From an uncultured SAR86 cluster bacterium (lineage in GTDB: Bacteria > Pseudomonadota > Gammaproteobacteria > Magnimaribacterales > D2472): a stretch of 64,000 nt of DNA. Within the stretch, counting starts at the first letter, position 1. Each line of letters starts with the position of its first letter. Below the pieces are notes generated by a model. That model made no database searches. It was not told the origin of the DNA and worked only from the letters and a program-made list of their open reading frames with translations. Where the stretch lies: contig CACNUQ010000004.1 in assembly GCA_902623685.1 (NCBI GenBank), forward strand, positions 25,590-89,589. The letters run 5' to 3'. Shown here piece after piece: positions 9,989 through 19,573 of the stretch. Made by a program: the position numbers and the translations under genes.

Positions 9989-10173
9989 TAAATTATTTTA
10001 TCTAATTTAAGCATAATCATGTATATGTAATTCAATATAGTTTGTAAATCATCAGCTAATAATTATGTATAAATAAATTGAATGATAGAATTATCAATGA
10101 AACCAAAAAGAGTTAAATATATTTTTATATAGTAATTTGTTAATCGTAAGAATTTTTAAATAAGAGGCATGCA

Positions 10174-11076
10174 ATGAAAATTAAATCTCTAAGTTATATT
10201 TTAATTGAATCAACCAATCTAGAAAGCTGGGAGGCATATGCTCGAGATGTAGTTGGACTAATGAAGAATGATGATTTGAGTGACGAGAATAACTTATTCT
10301 TTCGAATGGATGAGAGTCCATTCAGGTTTCAGGTACAAAAAGGAGATAGTGATAGGTATGCGAGGGGTGGATTCGAACTTGAAAATAAAGAAGCTTTCGA
10401 AGAAGCAAAAAAAGAACTTAGTAATCTAGGAATTGAAGTTGCAATCGAAAGTGAAGAGCTAGCAAAGGTTAGATGTGTAGAGGAGCTTTTAAGTTTCGAT
10501 GATCCAGCAGGAAACACACTTGAACTTTTTTATGGAAGAGGCATCGACACAAATGAGTTCAAGTCTTCTCAAGATATTTCTAAATTTGTCACTCATGGAC
10601 TGGGCTTGGGCCATTTAGTTTTTGGAACACTAGAGGTTGAAGCTGCTCATGATTTTTATAAGGAGGTAATGAATTTTGGAGATTCAGATATAATGCGAAT
10701 GAGATTTTCTCCAAACCCCGATGATCCAGAGTCAGTTTTGTATTTCATGCATTGTGATAATCCTCGCCATCATACTGTTGCAATGATGCAAGCTCCCACA
10801 CCGCCATCTGGACTTGTGCATGCAATGGTCGAAGTGGAGACTGCTGAGCAAGTGGTTGATGCCATGGACAGAGCAATTGAAAATAATATCCATATCTCTT
10901 CAACTCTTGGAAGACATATGAATGATAATATGGTTTCTTTCTATATGATGACACCTGCAGGGTTTATGCTTGAATTTGGATATGATGGCATTCAGCCTGA
11001 TTGGGATAATCACGAAACAACTTATTCGCCAGCACCAAGTCATTGGGGTCATGAGTTCAAAATGCCAGAGGCATAA
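10174..11076 (+). CDS. Type I extradiol ring-cleavage dioxygenase (HsaC/TesB/BphC-like)
   Basis: 300 aa, two VOC modules. GLGHLVF, CDNPRHHT, VHAMVEV, LGRHMNDNMVSFYMMTPAGFMLEFG match the extradiol dioxygenase metal and catalytic pattern. AAGAGG SD upstream. Confidence 0.8.
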   Translation: MKIKSLSYILIESTNLESWEAYARDVVGLMKNDDLSDENNLFFRMDESPFRFQVQKGDSDRYARGGFELENKEAFEEAKKELSNLGIEVAIESEELAKVRCVEELLSFDDPAGNTLELFYGRGIDTNEFKSSQDISKFVTHGLGLGHLVFGTLEVEAAHDFYKEVMNFGDSDIMRMRFSPNPDDPESVLYFMHCDNPRHHTVAMMQAPTPPSGLVHAMVEVETAEQVVDAMDRAIENNIHISSTLGRHMNDNMVSFYMMTPAGFMLEFGYDGIQPDWDNHETTYSPAPSHWGHEFKMPEA

Positions 11077-11081
11077 AATTA

Positions 11082-11951
11082 ATGAACAAGGTATTAACTC
11101 ATAAAGATGTCTTAGATCATCTTCATAGCAATGCCACAATTGGTATTGGAGGATGGGGTGCAAGAAGAAAACCCATGTCCTTAGTTAGAGAGATATGCCA
11201 ATCTGATATAAAAGATTTAACAGTTGTAAGTTACGGTGGTCCGGACGTAGGTTTGCTATGCGCCCATAAAAAAGTAAAAAAACTTATTTTTGGATTTGTC
11301 TCTTTGGATGTCATTCCTCTTGAGGCTCATTTTCGACAAGCACGTCAAAATAAAGAAATTGAGGTGATGGAGTTAGATGAGGGAATGCTTCAATGGGGCC
11401 TGCGCTCAGCTGCAATGAATCTTCCATTTCTACCTACGAGAGTTGGATTTGGTACTGATGTTTTAACTCATAATCCAGAATTAAAATTTGTAACATCACC
11501 ATATAAGGATAAAGAGAGTTTCATTGCCATGCCAGCAATCAAATTAGACGTAGCATTGCTCCACGTTAATAAATCTGATGAAAAAGGAAACACGCATATT
11601 ATCGGTCCAGATCCTTTTTTTGACGATCTTTTTGCGAGAGCGGCTGAGAAGACTTTTGTATCATCAGAAGAGTTATTATCTACCGAAGAGCTTGGTGGCA
11701 AGGATGGAGCTATATTCAATAGATTTGAAAGAAGTCTTGTAACTGGAGTGGTTCATTCACCCTGTGGTGCGCATCCAACATCCTGCTCTCCTAGCTATGG
11801 ATTTGATATCCAGCATTTAAAAGAATATTCAGATTCAGCAAAATCTTTCAATGATTATGCTGATAAATACATGAATAAAAGTCATCAAGATTACATAGAA
11901 TCTGTTGGTGGCACTGAAGTAATAATGAAAATACCTTTACCACAATTTTAA
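11082..11951 (+). CDS. ipdA: CoA-transferase-fold subunit A, IpdA-like (steroid ring-D hydrolase component)
   Basis: TIGIGGWGARRKPMSLVREI, DLTVVSYGGPDVGLLC, FGFVSLD, ELDEGML and LPFLPTR closely follow my recollection of mycobacterial IpdA (Rv3551). Confidence 0.75.
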   Translation: MNKVLTHKDVLDHLHSNATIGIGGWGARRKPMSLVREICQSDIKDLTVVSYGGPDVGLLCAHKKVKKLIFGFVSLDVIPLEAHFRQARQNKEIEVMELDEGMLQWGLRSAAMNLPFLPTRVGFGTDVLTHNPELKFVTSPYKDKESFIAMPAIKLDVALLHVNKSDEKGNTHIIGPDPFFDDLFARAAEKTFVSSEELLSTEELGGKDGAIFNRFERSLVTGVVHSPCGAHPTSCSPSYGFDIQHLKEYSDSAKSFNDYADKYMNKSHQDYIESVGGTEVIMKIPLPQF

Positions 11952-11952
11952 A

Positions 11953-12708
11953 ATGTCAGACTCTATTTCATTAGCAGAGATATGTATAAGCCAAGCCTCA
12001 AAAGCTTGGCAGGATGATGGGGAAATTCTTGCAACTGGTATTGGTCTGATTCCAAGAATAGCTGCAGGGTTAGCAAAACTTACACATAACCCTGATTTAA
12101 TGATGACCGATGGAGAAACATATTTGATCTCAGAACCTGCTCCAATGGGCAAAAGAGATCCATCAGTAGATCAAGTTGAAGGATATATGAGTTATAGCCG
12201 TGTATTTGAGAATCTTTGGGGAGGAAAAAGACATGCAATGGTTACCCCAACCCAAATAGATTCTTTTGGGCAAACAAACATAAGCGTAATTGGCAACTAT
12301 GATTCACCAAAAATTCAGCTGCTGGGTGTTAGAGGATTTCCTGGAAATTCTATAAACCATAAAAACTCAATTTTTATACCAAATCATTCTAAAAAAACTT
12401 TTGTAGATGGTGAAGTTGATATGGTATCTGGAATGGGCTACAAAAATAAGGAATTATCCAATGGAATATTCGAAATAAAAAGGGTTATAACAAATCTCGG
12501 CGTTTTTGATTTTAATGGAAAAAATAACTGCATGCAGTTACTATCTTTACATCCAAATGTTAGCGTAGATGATGTTATAACAAACACTGGATTTGAGGTT
12601 GCAATCCAATCTGACAGTATTACATCTATGCCATCAAAAGAGGAGCTTGTTTTAATAAGAGAGGTTCTTGATCCTCAAGGTATTCGCAATACAATTTTTG
12701 GAGAATAA
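11953..12708 (+). CDS. ipdB: CoA-transferase-fold subunit B, IpdB-like
   Basis: Starts 1 nt after the ipdA-like stop. 251 aa with a CoA-transferase beta-subunit-like pattern (QIDSFGQTNISVIG, LLGVRGFPGN). Confidence 0.65.
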   Translation: MSDSISLAEICISQASKAWQDDGEILATGIGLIPRIAAGLAKLTHNPDLMMTDGETYLISEPAPMGKRDPSVDQVEGYMSYSRVFENLWGGKRHAMVTPTQIDSFGQTNISVIGNYDSPKIQLLGVRGFPGNSINHKNSIFIPNHSKKTFVDGEVDMVSGMGYKNKELSNGIFEIKRVITNLGVFDFNGKNNCMQLLSLHPNVSVDDVITNTGFEVAIQSDSITSMPSKEELVLIREVLDPQGIRNTIFGE

Positions 12709-12710
12709 AA

Positions 12711-13619
12711 ATGCCTAGAACGAAATCAACAGTCACATATAAAAAGAAAGATGGAATTGCAATTATTTCTATGAATAGGCCGGAATATAACAATGCTCAA
12801 AATGGAAAGATGACTTATGACCTTGATAAATTCTTTAAAAAGGCTGTAGACGATGATGATATAAAGGTAATAGTTTTAAAAGGTAACGGAAAACATTTTT
12901 CAGCCGGCCATGATATTGGGACACCTGGAAGAGATGTTGATGTTGAGTATGACAGAAAATCTATTTGGTATGATCATACTAATAAGCCAGGAGGCGAATT
13001 TTTATATGTAAGAGAACAAGAGGTATATTTAAATATGTGCAGACGTTGGAGAGATATGCCTAAACCGACGATTGCAATGGTGCATGGAGCATGCGTAGCT
13101 GGTGGATGCATGTTGGCTTGGATTTGCGATCTTATTGTGGCCTCCGAGGATGCATTTTTTGCTGATCCAGTAGTACGCATGGGCATTCCAGGTGTTGAGT
13201 ATTTTGCGCATCCTTATGAATTAAATCCTAGAATTGCGAAGGAATTTTTATTTTTAGGAGAAAGGATGTCTGCTAAAAGAGCCTATGAGATGGGAATGGT
13301 AAATAGGGTAGTTCCTTTATCCGAGTTGGAGTCTTCAGTAATGGAGATGGCATCAAAGATTTCAGCAATGCCAAGGCTGGGCTTAACTTTAACAAAACAA
13401 GCAATTAATCATGTCGAGGATCTACAAGGAAAAAGAAACGGCATGGAGGCTGCCTTTGCATGGCATCATTTTTCTCATGCACACAATGATCTTACTACTG
13501 GCAATGTTCTTGCTGGTTTTGATGCCAAAAAAATGGCTAAATCTCAAAGAAAGAATACGAAAAAAACTGCAGCAAAAAAAAATTCATCAAAAAAAGCTGC
13601 CCCAAAGAAAAAAAAATAA
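12711..13619 (+). CDS. Enoyl-CoA hydratase/isomerase (EchA20/ScdY-like) with a polylysine C-terminal tail
   Basis: Crotonase motifs KHFSAGHDIG and VHGACVAGGCMLAWICDLIVAS. The last 30 residues are KKMAKSQRKNTKKTAAKKNSSKKAAPKKKK. Confidence 0.75.
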   Translation: MPRTKSTVTYKKKDGIAIISMNRPEYNNAQNGKMTYDLDKFFKKAVDDDDIKVIVLKGNGKHFSAGHDIGTPGRDVDVEYDRKSIWYDHTNKPGGEFLYVREQEVYLNMCRRWRDMPKPTIAMVHGACVAGGCMLAWICDLIVASEDAFFADPVVRMGIPGVEYFAHPYELNPRIAKEFLFLGERMSAKRAYEMGMVNRVVPLSELESSVMEMASKISAMPRLGLTLTKQAINHVEDLQGKRNGMEAAFAWHHFSHAHNDLTTGNVLAGFDAKKMAKSQRKNTKKTAAKKNSSKKAAPKKKK

Positions 13620-13649
13620 AAGGACGCAAATATTAACAAATTAACTAAT

Positions 13650-14690
13650 ATGCTGGGTTGTAAATACCCAATTATTCAAACGGCGATGGGTTGGGTGGCT
13701 TTACCAGAACTTGTTGCAGCTTCATCAAATGCAGGAGCCTTTGGATTCCTTGCCTTAGCCACAGCAGGTCCGAAAGAGGCAATTGAGATGATGGATGAAA
13801 CACAAGCTCTAACAAATAAGCCCTTTGGCATTAATTTTCATATGTTTCAACCTGGAGCCGAGGAAATTGTGCAAGCTGTTATTGATAAAAAAATTAAAGC
13901 AGTCAGTTATTCAAGATCTCCTACACCTGAGTATATTCAAGCATTCAAAGCAGCAGGAGTTGTTTGTATCCCAACTGTCGGAGCTCTAAAACATGCAGTG
14001 AAAGCTGAGCAACTTGGTGCAGATGCAATAGTTATTCAAGGTTCAGAGGGAGGCGGCCACACTGGCTCAACACCTACCACACTTCTTTTAAGCTCAGTAC
14101 TTGAAAGTGTCAATGTGCCAATAGTTGCTGCCGGAGGATTTCGAGACGGCTCTGGTTTAGCAGCATCCCTTGCATGGGGAGCTTGCGGCATTGCAATGGG
14201 AACTCGATTTATGATGACAAAAGAGAGTCCTGTACCGCATGACACTAAAGAAGCATACTTATCTGCAAATGTTGAGGATATAAAAATTACTAAAAAATTT
14301 GATGGGATGTCTCATAGATTAATTTTCAATAATTACATTAAAAAAATTGATCGTTCTAATCCAATTAGCCTATTTATAATATCCATAATTTCAGCATGGA
14401 AATACAAACAATTAACAAATGCATCATATGCGGATTTAATAAAATCTTTTATTGCAATGTTAAAGGGTGATGATTTAACAATATCTCAGTCGATAATGTC
14501 AGCAAATAGCCCAGCAATTATTCAAAAAGCTATGGTTGAAGGATCACCAAACGAGGGGGCTATGCCATCTGGGCAAGTAGCTGGCCTTATCTCTAATTTG
14601 CCTTCTTGTAAGCAGCTTGTGGATCAGATTATGGATGAGTTTTCTTTTGCAGCAGAAAATTTTAATAAGCTTGAGGGAGATAAACAATGA
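13650..14690 (+). CDS. Nitronate monooxygenase-family FMN oxidoreductase (IpdC/ScdG-like enoyl reductase)
   Basis: IIQTAMGWVA, IVIQGSEGGGHTG, PIVAAGGFRDG and GTRFMMTKES are NMO/2-nitropropane dioxygenase family motifs. Sits next to the ipdAB-like genes. Confidence 0.75.
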   Translation: MLGCKYPIIQTAMGWVALPELVAASSNAGAFGFLALATAGPKEAIEMMDETQALTNKPFGINFHMFQPGAEEIVQAVIDKKIKAVSYSRSPTPEYIQAFKAAGVVCIPTVGALKHAVKAEQLGADAIVIQGSEGGGHTGSTPTTLLLSSVLESVNVPIVAAGGFRDGSGLAASLAWGACGIAMGTRFMMTKESPVPHDTKEAYLSANVEDIKITKKFDGMSHRLIFNNYIKKIDRSNPISLFIISIISAWKYKQLTNASYADLIKSFIAMLKGDDLTISQSIMSANSPAIIQKAMVEGSPNEGAMPSGQVAGLISNLPSCKQLVDQIMDEFSFAAENFNKLEGDKQ

Positions 14691-15448
14691 GTGTTGATAC
14701 AACAATTAAGAATGGAGTTGCAGAAATAATTTTGGATTGTCCCCCAGTCAATGCTTTGACCTCAACTGAATGGTTAGATCTTGCTATAAATATTGATAAT
14801 TTATCCCATAATGATGAAGTAAAAGCGATAGTTTTATCTGGTAAAGGTAAGGGTTTTTGCGCAGGAGCTAATATTAAGGAATTACAAGAAGATTCCTCAA
14901 AAATTTCTGATGTGAATGACGGTTGCTGGAAAACAGCCAGAGCAATTCACGTATGCAATGTACCAGTAATTTCTGCATGTCATGGTTTTGTCTTAGGGGG
15001 CGGAATACTCCTCGCTGGTGCTGCTGATATTGTATTAGCCACTGATGATTCATACTTTGGTTTGCCTGAAATAGACAGAGGTGCGCTTGGAGGAGGCGCA
15101 CATCTAAGTAGATTATTTCCTTTGCAGGCAGTTCGCAAAATGATGTTTACCGGCAAGCCTATTTCAGCACAAAGGGCTTATGAATATGGATCTATTGAAT
15201 CACTTCACCCTAACTTTGATTCTTTGCATGAAGCTGCTATGAATATTGCTGATGATATTGCTTCAAAAAGTCCAATTGCTATGAATCTTGCAAAAAAAGC
15301 TTTAAATGAAATTGAGTATGGAAATGTTGACGAGCATTATAAGTCTGAGCAAAATTTCACTCTAGAACTATACAAATCGAAAGACTCACAAGAAGCCCGA
15401 GATGCATTTGTTGAAAAAAGAGATGCTGATTTTAAAGATGAAAATTAA
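14687..15448 (+). CDS. Enoyl-CoA hydratase/isomerase
   Basis: Crotonase pattern FCAGANIKEL and CHGFVLGGGILLAGAADIVLA. ATGA overlap with the upstream gene. Confidence 0.8.
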   Translation: MSVDTTIKNGVAEIILDCPPVNALTSTEWLDLAINIDNLSHNDEVKAIVLSGKGKGFCAGANIKELQEDSSKISDVNDGCWKTARAIHVCNVPVISACHGFVLGGGILLAGAADIVLATDDSYFGLPEIDRGALGGGAHLSRLFPLQAVRKMMFTGKPISAQRAYEYGSIESLHPNFDSLHEAAMNIADDIASKSPIAMNLAKKALNEIEYGNVDEHYKSEQNFTLELYKSKDSQEARDAFVEKRDADFKDEN

Positions 15449-16589
15449 TTTTACAGAAGAACAAAATTTATTCAGAGAAGAAGTTAGATCCTGGCTAGAG
15501 GTTAATGTGCCAAAAAAACCTCTTTTATCTTTGGATACAAAAGAAGGATTTGAGCAACATAGAGAGTGGGAAAAAACATTAAATTCTGGGAACTGGTCTA
15601 TGGTTACTTGGCCAAAAGAATATGGCGGGAGAGGACTAGACTTAATTCGTTGGTTAATTTTTGAAGAGGAGTACTATCGCGCTGAAGCGCCAACAAGAGT
15701 TAATCAAAATGGAGTATTTCTGCTCGGCCCAACCTTGATGGAGTTTGGTACCCATGAGCAAAAGTCAAAATTTTTAAATGCGATGGCAACTGGAGATCAT
15801 ATTTGGTCTCAAGGTTGGTCTGAGCCTGGAGCTGGAAGCGATATGGCAGCTATAAGAACTACAGCAGTTTTGGAGGGCGATCATTACAAGATCAATGGTC
15901 AAAAAACATGGTCATCTAGAGCAGCTTACGCTGATTGGACTTTTGGTTTGTTTAGGACTGATCTGCAGTCCGAGAGACATAGAGGCCTTTCTTTTATTTT
16001 AGTTTCACTGGATACACCAGGAGTGACTGTAAGACCCATACCTCAATTAGATGGTGAACCAGGCTTTGCTGAAATATATTTTGATGATGTGATTGTTTCG
16101 AGAGAAAACCTATTGGGTGAAGATGGTGAAGGGTGGAAAATTGCTATGGCAACAGCTGGTTTTGAGAGAGGATTAATGTTGAGGAGTCCTGCACGTTTTC
16201 AACAGACTGCTGCAAAGTTACTTAAGCTGTATTATAAAAATAAAGATCATTGCTCACCAATGTTGCAATCAAAAGTGGTAGAAGCATGGGCTGAATCTGA
16301 ATCCTATGCATTGAGCATTTATCACACTGCATCAAAAATACTTGCCGGAGGATCAATCGGATCCGAATCTAGCTTAGGTAAGATATTTTGGTCTGAATTA
16401 GATCACATGATGCATCAAACTGCTCTAAAAATTTTAGGAGCTAGTGCTGAGTTAGTTGATTCTTCAGAGCATGATGCGGCTCAATGGATCAAAGGGTTTA
16501 TGTTTTCATATGGTGGCCCAATTTATGCTGGCACTAATGAAATTCAAAAGAATATTATTGCAGAAAGATTATTGGGACTTCCTAAATAA
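15438..16589 (+). CDS. Acyl-CoA dehydrogenase, larger member of an adjacent pair
   Basis: Start moved to the ATG giving MKINFTEEQ (the track start at 15402 lies inside the upstream gene). WSQGWSEPGAGSD and C-terminal YAGTNEIQKNIIAERLLGLP are ACAD family motifs. Confidence 0.8.
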   Translation: MKINFTEEQNLFREEVRSWLEVNVPKKPLLSLDTKEGFEQHREWEKTLNSGNWSMVTWPKEYGGRGLDLIRWLIFEEEYYRAEAPTRVNQNGVFLLGPTLMEFGTHEQKSKFLNAMATGDHIWSQGWSEPGAGSDMAAIRTTAVLEGDHYKINGQKTWSSRAAYADWTFGLFRTDLQSERHRGLSFILVSLDTPGVTVRPIPQLDGEPGFAEIYFDDVIVSRENLLGEDGEGWKIAMATAGFERGLMLRSPARFQQTAAKLLKLYYKNKDHCSPMLQSKVVEAWAESESYALSIYHTASKILAGGSIGSESSLGKIFWSELDHMMHQTALKILGASAELVDSSEHDAAQWIKGFMFSYGGPIYAGTNEIQKNIIAERLLGLPK

Positions 16590-16591
16590 TT

Positions 16592-17629
16592 ATGAATTTT
16601 AATTTTACAGAAGAACAACTTCAATTTAAAAATACAGTTAAGTCTTTTTTATCAGATGAATGCTCTCCTGATTCAATCCGAGACGGCTGGGAAGCTAAAA
16701 AACCTTTTAATCATGACAGATGGAATAAAATAGCTAATCTTGGAGTTTTAAGTTCCAACTTACCTGAAAAAGATGGTGGTTTTGGGATTGATCAAGTAGC
16801 ACTTTCCTTGATGATAGAAGAGATGGGCTATGCAGCATTGCCGGAGCCTGTAGCAGAACAGATATTTTTAATTAATGACTTGATGCCTCTTCTCCCAGAC
16901 TCAATTAAAGAAGAAATCAAAAATACTTATCAAACTGGAAGTAACTTCATTTCAGTAGCACATCCATTGTCTCCTAATCCTCTATTTTTAAATGATGCTG
17001 CAGGCCTACTTTTATTTAATGAAGACACTTATCAATTTGCTTTAACAGAAGATATAGATTTTATATCCTTGGTTTCAAATGATCCTTCGAGAGAGCTTTC
17101 TAAGATTAACTCAATTCAAAAATCCGTTTCATCGAGCGAAGAATTTGAGAAAATCAATTCTGCTGTTGCGGCTCGTGGCGCTTTAATGACTGGTTGTTTG
17201 TTAATCGGATTAGCTCAAAAAATGTTAGACCTGAGTTCTTTGTATGCGCTTGACAGAACTCAGTTTGGAAAACCAATTGGATCATTTCAAGCAATAAAAC
17301 ATATGTTAGCTGATGTGGCTGTCAAGATTGAGTTTGCAAGACCAACAATTTTTAGAGCAGCACATTCATTATTAGAAAACAATCCAAAGTCTGCATTGCA
17401 TTGTGCGCATGCAAAATATATGAGTGCAAAAGCAGCTGAGCTGGCATGCAAAAATAGCATTCAAGCGCATGGTGCTATGGGATATACATGGGAAATGGAT
17501 CTTCATATATTTATGAGGAAAGCATGGTCTCTCATGGCGTGCTGGGGAAACGAAGATAAACAACAAGATATAATTTATAAAACGCTTACTTCTTCAGAAG
17601 AAGAGCTAGGTGTTTTGTATACTTTTTAG
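16592..17629 (+). CDS. Acyl-CoA dehydrogenase-family protein, smaller member of the pair
   Basis: 345 aa, starts 2 nt after the upstream stop. DRTQFGKPIGSFQAIKH and HGAMGYTWEMDLH are ACAD C-terminal domain motifs. Confidence 0.75.
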   Translation: MNFNFTEEQLQFKNTVKSFLSDECSPDSIRDGWEAKKPFNHDRWNKIANLGVLSSNLPEKDGGFGIDQVALSLMIEEMGYAALPEPVAEQIFLINDLMPLLPDSIKEEIKNTYQTGSNFISVAHPLSPNPLFLNDAAGLLLFNEDTYQFALTEDIDFISLVSNDPSRELSKINSIQKSVSSSEEFEKINSAVAARGALMTGCLLIGLAQKMLDLSSLYALDRTQFGKPIGSFQAIKHMLADVAVKIEFARPTIFRAAHSLLENNPKSALHCAHAKYMSAKAAELACKNSIQAHGAMGYTWEMDLHIFMRKAWSLMACWGNEDKQQDIIYKTLTSSEEELGVLYTF

Positions 17630-17639
17630 AGGATAAGCC

Positions 17640-18794
17640 ATGCAAGATGCATTTATAGTTAGCGCTTTAAGGACTCCAATTGGAAAAAAGAAAGGTTCCT
17701 TATCTGAACTGCATCCAGCAGACTTAGGAGCCATAGTTCTTTCAGAAACTTTTAAAAAGATAGATCTTGATCCTAATCTAGTCGAAGATGTAATTTATGG
17801 ATGTGTAGATACTGTAGGGCCCCAAGCAGGGGATATTGCGAGAACTTGCTGGCTGGCAGCTGGATTGCCAGAGCATGTCCCAGGAACAACTGTTGATCGG
17901 CAATGTGGATCCTCTCAGCAAGCAGTTCATTTTGCCGCTCAAGCAATAATGTCTGGTACAGCTGACGTTGTGATTGCTGGAGGCGTTCAAAACATGAACA
18001 TGATTCCTATTTCTTACGCAATGCTAGCTGGCCAATCGCTAGGATTTAATGATCCATTTTCAGGTTCATCAGGCTGGGTAAAGCGATACGGAACACAGGA
18101 TGTTAGCCAATTTAATTCTGCTCAAATGATTGCTGAAAAGTGGAAATTATCTAGATCAGAGATGGAAAATTATGCTTATCATAGTCATCAAAAAGCAATC
18201 AATGCAATTGATAACGGTCATTTTAAAGATGAAATAGTAACCATTGGAAAATTTACTCAAGATGAGACTCCACGAGCAGAGACATCACTAGAAAAGATGG
18301 CTTCTTTAAATCCTTTGATTGAGGGTCATGATATAACAGCAGCAGTCTCGTCTCAAAATGCCGATGCTTCATCTGCACTATTAATTGTTTCAGAAAAAAT
18401 TCTTAAGGAACATAACCTTAATCCTTTGGTGAGGATTGCTCATATTAGCGTAAGAGCAGATGATCCTATATGGATGCTTACAGCTCCGATGCCTGCCACG
18501 AAGCATGCAATCAAAAAATCAGGAATAACCTTAAATGATATTGATGTAGTTGAAATAAATGAGGCCTTTGCATCAGTTGCTATGGCTTGGCAAAAAGAAA
18601 TGGATTATCCAATGGAAAAAATTAACCCTAATGGAGGCGCAATTGCACTTGGTCATCCTTTAGGGGCAACTGGAGCAAGATTAATGACGACAATGATACA
18701 CACAATGAAAAGAAGCAATCTTAAATATGGCTTACAAACAATGTGTGAAGGGGGTGGACAAGCAAACGTAACAATTTTAGAGAATTGCTCATGA
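17640..18794 (+). CDS. Thiolase (acetyl-CoA C-acyltransferase, FadA6/ScdF-like)
   Basis: Active-site Cys context VDRQCGSSQQA, NPNGGAIALGHPLGATG, C-terminal MCEGGGQANV. Confidence 0.85.
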   Translation: MQDAFIVSALRTPIGKKKGSLSELHPADLGAIVLSETFKKIDLDPNLVEDVIYGCVDTVGPQAGDIARTCWLAAGLPEHVPGTTVDRQCGSSQQAVHFAAQAIMSGTADVVIAGGVQNMNMIPISYAMLAGQSLGFNDPFSGSSGWVKRYGTQDVSQFNSAQMIAEKWKLSRSEMENYAYHSHQKAINAIDNGHFKDEIVTIGKFTQDETPRAETSLEKMASLNPLIEGHDITAAVSSQNADASSALLIVSEKILKEHNLNPLVRIAHISVRADDPIWMLTAPMPATKHAIKKSGITLNDIDVVEINEAFASVAMAWQKEMDYPMEKINPNGGAIALGHPLGATGARLMTTMIHTMKRSNLKYGLQTMCEGGGQANVTILENCS

Positions 18795-19573
18795 ATAATT
18801 TATTTTCTCCAAATTATCCAGAAGGAAGAAACCTCTTTAAAGGAAAAAATATACTTTTAACTGCAGCAGCAGGATCTGGAATTGGCTTTTCTACAGCTAA
18901 ACGATTTCTTGAGGAGGGCGCTAATGTTTTTATCTCTGATGTTCACGAGGCTCGTTTAGATGAAGCTATAAAAAATTTAAAAGACATTAATCTTGGTGCA
19001 GTCGAGGGTTGTCTTTGCAATGTGACAAGTGATGAGGATATTGAAATTATGTTTAATAAAGCCATTTCTTGTTTTTCTCATTTAGATGGCGTCATCAATA
19101 ATGCTGGATTAGGTGGTGAGTCTAGCCTAGTGAACATGACTAATGAGGCATGGAATTTAGTTATGGATGTAACTTTAAATGGTGCAATGAAAATTATGAG
19201 AGCAGCAATTCCCATTCTCAAAGATACCCAAGGAGTGATTGTAAATAATGCTTCTGTTTTGGGTTGGAGAGCGCAAGCTGGTCAATCTCATTATGCAGCT
19301 GCTAAAGCAGGAGTAATGGCATTAACAAGGTGTGTAGCAATGGAAACAGTAGATTATGGTATAAGAATTAACGCTGTGGCTCCTAGCCTTGCAATCAACC
19401 CTCATCTTTCTAAAACTAGTTCAGATGAATTAATTGCAGACCTCGAATCCAAGGAAGCATATGGAAGAGGTGCAGAGCCTTGGGAAATTGCAAATATAAT
19501 TTTATTTCTAGCATCAGACCTATCTTCTTATATGACTGGCGAAATAGTATCCGCCTCATCTCAAAAAGCCTGA
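18791..19573 (+). CDS. Short-chain dehydrogenase/reductase (SDR)
   Basis: ATG at 18791 forms an ATGA overlap with the thiolase stop (the track start at 18785 is a TTG). TAAAGSGIG, NNAG, YAAAKAG. Confidence 0.8.
   Translation: MNNLFSPNYPEGRNLFKGKNILLTAAAGSGIGFSTAKRFLEEGANVFISDVHEARLDEAIKNLKDINLGAVEGCLCNVTSDEDIEIMFNKAISCFSHLDGVINNAGLGGESSLVNMTNEAWNLVMDVTLNGAMKIMRAAIPILKDTQGVIVNNASVLGWRAQAGQSHYAAAKAGVMALTRCVAMETVDYGIRINAVAPSLAINPHLSKTSSDELIADLESKEAYGRGAEPWEIANIILFLASDLSSYMTGEIVSASSQKA

Noticed and set aside
15402-15437. Upstream alternative starts given by the track for several genes: 15402, 18785, 19480, 28683, 32740, 35392 and 51794.
   Set aside because: The extensions lie inside the preceding gene or use non-ATG codons. 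An in-frame ATG with a stop-start overlap, an SD or a signal peptide gives a more plausible N-terminus.
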